From a bacterium (GTDB taxonomy: Bacteria; JADJOY01), in contig JAXLQJ010000014.1 of the NCBI GenBank assembly GCA_046331705.1, positions 124,001 to 156,582 of the forward strand: 32,582 bases of DNA. The letters run 5' to 3'. This document shows, piece by piece, positions 27,338-32,582 of this stretch (positions are counted from its first letter, which is position 1; each line of letters opens with the position of its first letter). The notes beneath the pieces are model-generated. The model ran no database searches and was not told where the DNA came from. It was given only the letters and a program-made list of their open reading frames with translations. A program made the position numbers and the translations under genes.

Positions 27338-28153
27338 TCAGGGCTCCGCGTTCTCGGCGAGCAGCTCGCGCGCCCGCACCCGCCCCACCCAGCGCGCGAG
27401 CCCAGGCGCCATGCGACTCGCGAAAGCCATCGCCCGCGCGCTGCGGGTCACGACGATCACCGCGCGATTCGCCGCCACGCCCCGCAGGATGATGCGCGCG
27501 GCTTCATCGGCCGGAGTGGGCTTGAAGCCGATCGCCTCGAACAAGCTCTTCGCGCTGCCCGACAAATACGTTCCCGTGCGGAAGATCGCGGTGTCGATGA
27601 AGCCAGGGCAAACCACCGAGACACGCACGCCTTTGTCGGCGGCCTCTCCCCACAGCGAGGTCGACAGCCCCACGATGGCGTGCTTGGTCATCGCGTACGC
27701 CGCCGTCCACGGCGTCGGAGCCAGCCCGGCGATCGACGACGTGTTCACGATGTGCCCACGCCGCTGCCGTAGCATGAGCGGATACGCCGCCTGGACACCG
27801 TGCACCACGCCCAGGAGATTGACGCCGACGATCCGGCTCCACTGCGCCGCCGACATCGCCTCCAGCGGCCCGGCGATCAGGATGCCCGCGTTGTTGAAGA
27901 GGTAATCGAGGGCGCCGTGCCGCGCCGCCACGTCCTCGACGAGCGCGCGGACCGCGCTCGCGTCGCTCACGTCGAGCACCGCCGCCTCGGCGCGGGATCC
28001 CGCGCCCTCGATCGACGCCGCCACGGCGTGCGCGGCACGCCCGTCGACGTCGGCGACCACCACCCGGGCGCCGGCGGCCGCGAGCTGGATCGCGAGCGCG
28101 CGTCCGATCCCGGATGCGCCGCCCGTCACGATCGCGACGCGATCGCGGAACAC
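27338..28153 (-). CDS. Classical short-chain dehydrogenase/reductase
   Basis: TGGASGIG, NNAG, NTSS and YAMTK. Start may be GTG 28153 (GGAG RBS) or ATG 28303 (ATGA overlap with hisE). Confidence 0.9.
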   Translation of the reverse strand: MFRDRVAIVTGGASGIGRALAIQLAAAGARVVVADVDGRAAHAVAASIEGAGSRAEAAVLDVSDASAVRALVEDVAARHGALDYLFNNAGILIAGPLEAMSAAQWSRIVGVNLLGVVHGVQAAYPLMLRQRRGHIVNTSSIAGLAPTPWTAAYAMTKHAIVGLSTSLWGEAADKGVRVSVVCPGFIDTAIFRTGTYLSGSAKSLFEAIGFKPTPADEAARIILRGVAANRAVIVVTRSARAMAFASRMAPGLARWVGRVRARELLAENAEP

Positions 28154-28299
28154 GTGGCCGTGCTCCCCGCGCGTGCCACGCGGCACCCCGACCGCCCCCG
28201 AGGCGGCGTCGCCCATCGCCTGGCGACCCGGGCTCATCCTGCCGTGCCAACCGCTGAGCGAGAGAGCGATGCGCTCGACGAACCGGTCGAGCCGATCGT

Positions 28300-28638
28300 T
28301 CATCCGCCCCGGCTCTCCTTCTCGGCGAGCCCGGACTGACCGAAGCGGCGCTCGAGCTCGGCGAGCAGCGTGTCGAGCACCACTCCGCGGCTCTCGAGCA
28401 AGACCAGCGTGTGGTAGAGCAAGTCCGCCGCTTCGTGGGTGACGGCGGCGCGGCCACTCTCGCCGTTCGAGGTGCGGGCGGCTTCCACCAGCTCGCGCGC
28501 CTCCTCCAGCACCTTGTCGGCGATCCGGTCCACTCCACCCTCGAGAAGCTGCGCGGTGTACGAGCGGCTCGGATCGGCCTCCCGTCGCGAATGGATGACC
28601 CGTGCAAGCTCCTCGAGCACGGTTGGCGAATGGCTCAC
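28300..28638 (-). CDS. hisE: Phosphoribosyl-ATP diphosphatase
   Basis: SYTAQLL, KVLEEARELVEAA, HEAADLLYHTLVLL and RRFGQSGLAEK; GGAGG RBS before the GTG. Confidence 0.93.
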   Translation of the reverse strand: MSHSPTVLEELARVIHSRREADPSRSYTAQLLEGGVDRIADKVLEEARELVEAARTSNGESGRAAVTHEAADLLYHTLVLLESRGVVLDTLLAELERRFGQSGLAEKESRGG

Positions 28639-28673
28639 GTCGAATCCTCCCCGTCGCGGCAGCGACGCGCGGC

Positions 28674-30023
28674 TCAGCCCGCGGTCACGCAATAGCGGTG
28701 AACGGCCTCCAGGAACGTCTGCACGCCCCACCGGAAGCCGTCGACCGGGATGCGCTCGTTGTGGCCGTGGTAGAGCTTCGAGAACTCGAGCCCGGGCGGA
28801 AACTTCACGGGCGAAAACCCGTAGGTGCGAATGCCCATCTTGGAGAGCTCGGCATCGTCGGTGAGGCCGACGATCAGATACGGCACGGCGCGCGCGCCCG
28901 GATCGCGCTCCTCGATGGTCTTCTGCAGCACGTTCCACATCGGCGTGTCGAACGGGGTGACGATGCCCATGCCCTCGTTCACCACCTCGAACGTGAATCC
29001 GGGGCCGACGATGTCGGTGATCTCGCGGATCAGCTCGTCGCGCGTGGTGCCGGGCATCACCCGGCAATCGAGCGTGACCTCGGCCACCGACGGGATCACG
29101 TTCACCTTCTTCCCCGCCGCGAGCCCGGTCGGGTTCACCGTGTCGTGGAGCGACGCGAAGATCACCTTCGCCTTTTCCTTGTCGGGCATGACCTTCTTGA
29201 GGATCAGGTCCGAGAACCTCGGATGGCGCGCGAGCTTCAGGATGAACGCCGGCACGGGCCCGAGCGCCTTCCCCATCTCGTCGAGAAAGCCGTCGATGAT
29301 CGGATGCACCTTGAGCGGCGTGGAGACGCGGTCCAGCTTGTCGATGGCGCGCGAGAGCTTCACCACCGCGTTGTTGCCGTGCGGCATCGAGCCGTGCCCG
29401 GGATCGCCCTCGACGCGCATCTTGAGCCACACGAAGCCCTTCTCCGCCACCTGCACCGGATAGAGCCGGTGCCCGCCGAGGTGCAGCGTGAAGCCGCCCA
29501 GCTCGTTGAGCGCGTACTTGCACGCGATCAGCTCCGGGCACTTCTCGACCATGTGCCGCGAGCCGTAGGTGCAGCCCGCCTCCTCGTCGGCGAAGGCGTT
29601 GAAGATCAGATCGTGCTCGAGCTTCCATCCCTGGCGCTTGGCGGTGAGGAACGTGGCCAACGAGTAGGCCGTCACGTTCTTCATGTCGATGGCGCCGCGC
29701 CCGTAGATCTCGCCGTCGAGGATCTGCCCTCCGAACGGGTCGGCCCGCCAGTGCTCGCGATCGACGGGCACCACGTCGAGGTGGCTCGTCATCATGAGGC
29801 CGGTGTCGCGCTGGGCCCCGCGCAGGCGACTGGTGATGCACGCGCGCCCGGGCGCGGTCTCGACCACCTTGCACTCGAGGCCCTCGCGCTCGAGGACGCC
29901 CCGCAGATAGTCGACCGCGAGCCTCTCGTTCCCGGGCGGATTGGTGGTGTCGATCCGGAGCAGATCGAGGAAATGCTGCTGGGCCTCGTCGAGGATCGGC
30001 TGCCAATCGAGCGCGAGCGACAT
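28674..30023 (-). CDS. M20/M25/M40 family metallo-hydrolase (ArgE/DapE/yscS-like)
   Basis: DTTNPPGNE, SHLDVVP, GRGAIDMK, DEEAG, GHGS and HGHNERI. Confidence 0.92.
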   Translation of the reverse strand: MSLALDWQPILDEAQQHFLDLLRIDTTNPPGNERLAVDYLRGVLEREGLECKVVETAPGRACITSRLRGAQRDTGLMMTSHLDVVPVDREHWRADPFGGQILDGEIYGRGAIDMKNVTAYSLATFLTAKRQGWKLEHDLIFNAFADEEAGCTYGSRHMVEKCPELIACKYALNELGGFTLHLGGHRLYPVQVAEKGFVWLKMRVEGDPGHGSMPHGNNAVVKLSRAIDKLDRVSTPLKVHPIIDGFLDEMGKALGPVPAFILKLARHPRFSDLILKKVMPDKEKAKVIFASLHDTVNPTGLAAGKKVNVIPSVAEVTLDCRVMPGTTRDELIREITDIVGPGFTFEVVNEGMGIVTPFDTPMWNVLQKTIEERDPGARAVPYLIVGLTDDAELSKMGIRTYGFSPVKFPPGLEFSKLYHGHNERIPVDGFRWGVQTFLEAVHRYCVTAG

Positions 30024-30136
30024 GGCGAAATCTCCGCGAAACGGCGGGGTCGTGGGCGAATCGCGAGTGTAGCAGGGTGTCACGATGCGAGGCCGCGCCC
30101 CCGCGAACGCCGCGCCCGGCGCGCGCGCCGCGTGGC

Positions 30137-31159
30137 TCAGCGCGGCCGCGAGGCGGCGGGTGTCGTCCCGGTCCAGCGCTTGTAGGCCCGGGTGAAGTTG
30201 GCGACATCCGAGTAGCCGAGCTGCGCCGCGATCCGCTCCATCGAGAGGTCGGGGTCAGCGAGCAGCCGCCGCGCCCGATCGAGTCGCACCTCGTCGAGCA
30301 GCTGCCGGTAGCTGGTGCGGTTCTCCGCGAGCCGCCGCTTGAGCGTGCGATCCGAGAGATGGAGCGCGCGCGCCACGTCCTCGAGCGCCGGCGCGCGCTC
30401 GCCGCCCGCGGCCACCAGCGCGCGGACCCGCGCCACGAATCGCCCGGTGTCGCCGATCGCCTGAAGCTCCCGCTCGCATTGCTCGCGGGCCAGGCGCGTC
30501 GCCACCGGATCGGCGCTGACGAGGGGCAGGTCCAGGATGCTCTCGGGGAAGAGCAGTCGACTCTGTGGCTGGCGGAAGCGCATCCGACCGGGCACCAGAT
30601 TCGCGAAGCGCCGGAAATGCGCCGGCTCGGCGAACGAGAAATCCACCCAGCCCGAGAGCGAGCGCCCGGTCAGCGCGTTGCCGATCTGCCAGAGCCCGAC
30701 GAAGAGCGTCACGACCAGGAACTCGAAGGCCTCGCCGCGCAGATCGCAGTTCTCGATCGCCAGCACGCCGCGTCCCGCCTCCGTGTAGCTGCGTAGCGAG
30801 AGCAGCGTGGTGCGGGTGCGGCTGAAGCGCTCCGCGAGCGTCAACGCCTCACGCACGTTCGCCGCGGTCATCGCCGCGAATCCCAGGAACCCGTGCATCG
30901 AGATGCGCATCTTCATGCCCATGGAGAACGCGAGCCCGGGCTCGCCGGTGAGCGCCAGCGCGCGACGCACGATCTCCGCGCACGTCGAGATGGGCAGCCG
31001 CGTTCCCGGGTCGGCGAGGATGCGCGGCGTGAGCCTGAGGCCGTGCAGCAGCTCGCTCGCGCGCACCCCCCAGTCGCCGGTGAGCTCGACCAGCTCGAGG
31101 ACGTAGTTCCCCGGCAGATCTCCTTCTTCCGGGGGCGCGAGGCGCGGCTTGGCGGGCAC
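30137..31159 (-). CDS. AraC family regulator (Arabinose_bd_2 N-domain, OruR/VqsM-like)
   Basis: HGFLGFAAMTA at the N-terminus; LEDVARALHLSDRTLKRRL and IAAQLGYSDVANFTRAYKRWTG at the C-terminus. Start uncertain. Confidence 0.9.
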   Translation of the reverse strand: MPAKPRLAPPEEGDLPGNYVLELVELTGDWGVRASELLHGLRLTPRILADPGTRLPISTCAEIVRRALALTGEPGLAFSMGMKMRISMHGFLGFAAMTAANVREALTLAERFSRTRTTLLSLRSYTEAGRGVLAIENCDLRGEAFEFLVVTLFVGLWQIGNALTGRSLSGWVDFSFAEPAHFRRFANLVPGRMRFRQPQSRLLFPESILDLPLVSADPVATRLAREQCERELQAIGDTGRFVARVRALVAAGGERAPALEDVARALHLSDRTLKRRLAENRTSYRQLLDEVRLDRARRLLADPDLSMERIAAQLGYSDVANFTRAYKRWTGTTPAASRPR

Positions 31160-31288
31160 GATCGAGGACCGATTCCGAGATGGCCCAAAATGACAAGAAG
31201 CCGGCACAACCTAACCTGTCGCGTGGCGCGAACCCAGGGGACGCTGTGCGCGTTCGATGCTCGCACCCGAGATCGACCGGAGGAGCCC

Positions 31289-32215
31289 ATGAGCCGAGCC
31301 CGCGCCGTTCGCCCCACTCGACGCGACACGACCCAGCCGGTCGTTCGCCGCCTCGACCTCGCCTTCGACCCCGCCGTCGTGCCGCGAGCCTGGCTCGAGC
31401 GCAGCCCGCACGTGAGCGTGCTCATGAACGGCCTGTCGCTGCTCTTTCCGGAGGGCGAGAAGTTCTTCGTCCAGTCGGTGAAGCATTTCGCGAACGCGCT
31501 CGAGGACCCGGCGCTGCGCAAGCGGGTCGCGGCGTTCGTCGGCCAGGAGGCCTTGCACGGCAGCGAGCACCGCGCGTTCAACGCGATGCTGCGCGCCCAG
31601 GGCGACGAGGTCGCGGTCCAGCTCGAGCGAGAGGTGCGCTGGCTCCTGATCCTCGGGCATCGCGTGCTCTCGCGCAAAGCGCAGCTCGGCGTCACCTGCG
31701 CGCTCGAGCACTACACCGCCATCCTCGCCGAGGAGCTGCTCTCGCGCCCCGATCTGCAAGCAACCATCGATCCGAGCGTGCGGCCGCTCTGGCTCTGGCA
31801 TGCGCTCGAGGAGAGCGAGCACAAGAGCGTCGCCTACGACGTCTACGAGGCCGTCGGCGGCGGCTACGTCACACGCGTCGCCATGATGCTGCTCGCGACG
31901 GTGTTCTTCCTGGCGGAGATCGGCAACACGCACCTGAGGCTGACGCGTGCGCGCGGCGCGCTCCTCGACGTGCGCGGCTGGCTCGCGCTCGCTCGCTTCC
32001 TCGGGAGCCCGAGCGGGCTCCTCCCCCGACTGGCCCGGCCCTACCTCGACTACTTCCGTCCCCGCTTCCACCCCGCGGATCGGGATACGCGGGCGCTGGT
32101 CGAATCGTGGAGCGCGCATTTCGCCACTCTCGATCGCAACTCGGCGCGCGGGCGGCGTGGATCGCGGCGGATCGAGCGAGACGAGCCGCGCCTCGCGGCC
32201 GCGGCGCCGGCCTGA
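31289..32215 (+). CDS. Predicted metal-dependent hydrolase (Metal_hydrol, PF10118-like)
   Basis: LSLLFPEGEKFF, FVGQEALHGSEH, LEHYTA, WHALEESEHKSVAYDVY and YFRPRFHP; GGAGG RBS. Confidence 0.9.
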   Translation: MSRARAVRPTRRDTTQPVVRRLDLAFDPAVVPRAWLERSPHVSVLMNGLSLLFPEGEKFFVQSVKHFANALEDPALRKRVAAFVGQEALHGSEHRAFNAMLRAQGDEVAVQLEREVRWLLILGHRVLSRKAQLGVTCALEHYTAILAEELLSRPDLQATIDPSVRPLWLWHALEESEHKSVAYDVYEAVGGGYVTRVAMMLLATVFFLAEIGNTHLRLTRARGALLDVRGWLALARFLGSPSGLLPRLARPYLDYFRPRFHPADRDTRALVESWSAHFATLDRNSARGRRGSRRIERDEPRLAAAAPA

Positions 32216-32310
32216 AACCCAAGCCGCGCGCCGACTGGCGTTCGCTCACGTTTGCTGACGAACGACGACGATTGCCCGCGCGGTAGCCCGCTAACGAACG
32301 CTGGCGTCGG

Positions 32311-32330
32311 TCGCCAACCGCGGTTGGCGA
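32311..32330. repeat. Perfect 20-bp palindrome TCGCCAACCGCGGTTGGCGA
   Basis: Read directly from the sequence. Imperfect arms (gcgtcgg/ccgtcgc) extend it. Confidence 0.8.
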
Positions 32331-32513
32331 GCCGTCGCGTGCTCGCGCGCGACCGTGCTGCTCGCTGCGCCGCGGCACGAGCGCGCCGCGATTCGGCGCG
32401 CGTCGCTCGCGCACGCGCGTCGTCGCGCGCGCCACCTGGCGCGCGACTTTCGTGCAACCGAGGCTCGCCCGCATCGACGCGCGGTAACCCCCGCTTCGAG
32501 CGTGGGTTCGCGC

Positions 32514-32530
32514 TTGGCGCAGCGCTTGCT
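32514..32530 (+). promoter_or_regulatory. Putative sigma54 (-24/-12) promoter for a gene beyond the window
   Basis: TTGGCGCAGCGCTTGCT matches TGGC-N7-TTGC(T), with exact GG-N10-GC spacing. Confidence 0.6.
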
Positions 32531-32582
32531 CTTCCGCCGCGCGCGACAGGAAGCGCCAAGGAACGAACCCCGCCGCCCATCC

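Noticed and set aside
28300-30207. 635-aa ORF appearing to give HisE a long N-terminal fusion
   Set aside because: The upstream part is an off-frame read of the M20 gene. hisE has its own GGAGG RBS and GTG at 28638.
1-32582. CRISPR arrays, transposases, integrases, prophage or defence genes
   Set aside because: No regularly spaced repeats or recognisable mobile-element or defence motifs were seen.

Overview
A very GC-rich (roughly 70% by eye) bacterial chromosomal segment. Gene content (DUF6178, DUF503, degenerate PilZ, PlsB-like acyltransferase) suggests Myxococcota or a related deltaproteobacterial lineage; this is inference. The core is rho plus the rimP-nusA-ylxR-infB-DUF503-rbfA-truB operon. 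On the left are lipid/envelope genes: an AUR1/PAP2-like enzyme, an SDR, a PlsB-like acyltransferase overlapping a stand-alone E2 catalytic domain, and a GT-C/SGNH fusion. On the right are accessory genes: a TetR operon, a ferritin-like diiron protein, a GlpT-type MFS, an SDR, hisE, an M20 peptidase and an AraC/PF10118 pair. The standout is the single gene between rho and rimP (13530-14876, minus strand). It encodes an intact NtrX-like phosphoacceptor receiver domain fused in frame to a catalytically complete LpxC, which suggests direct two-component phospho-control of the committed step of lipid A synthesis. No tRNA, rRNA, CRISPR array or mobile element was recognised. All calls come from reading motifs; no searches were run.
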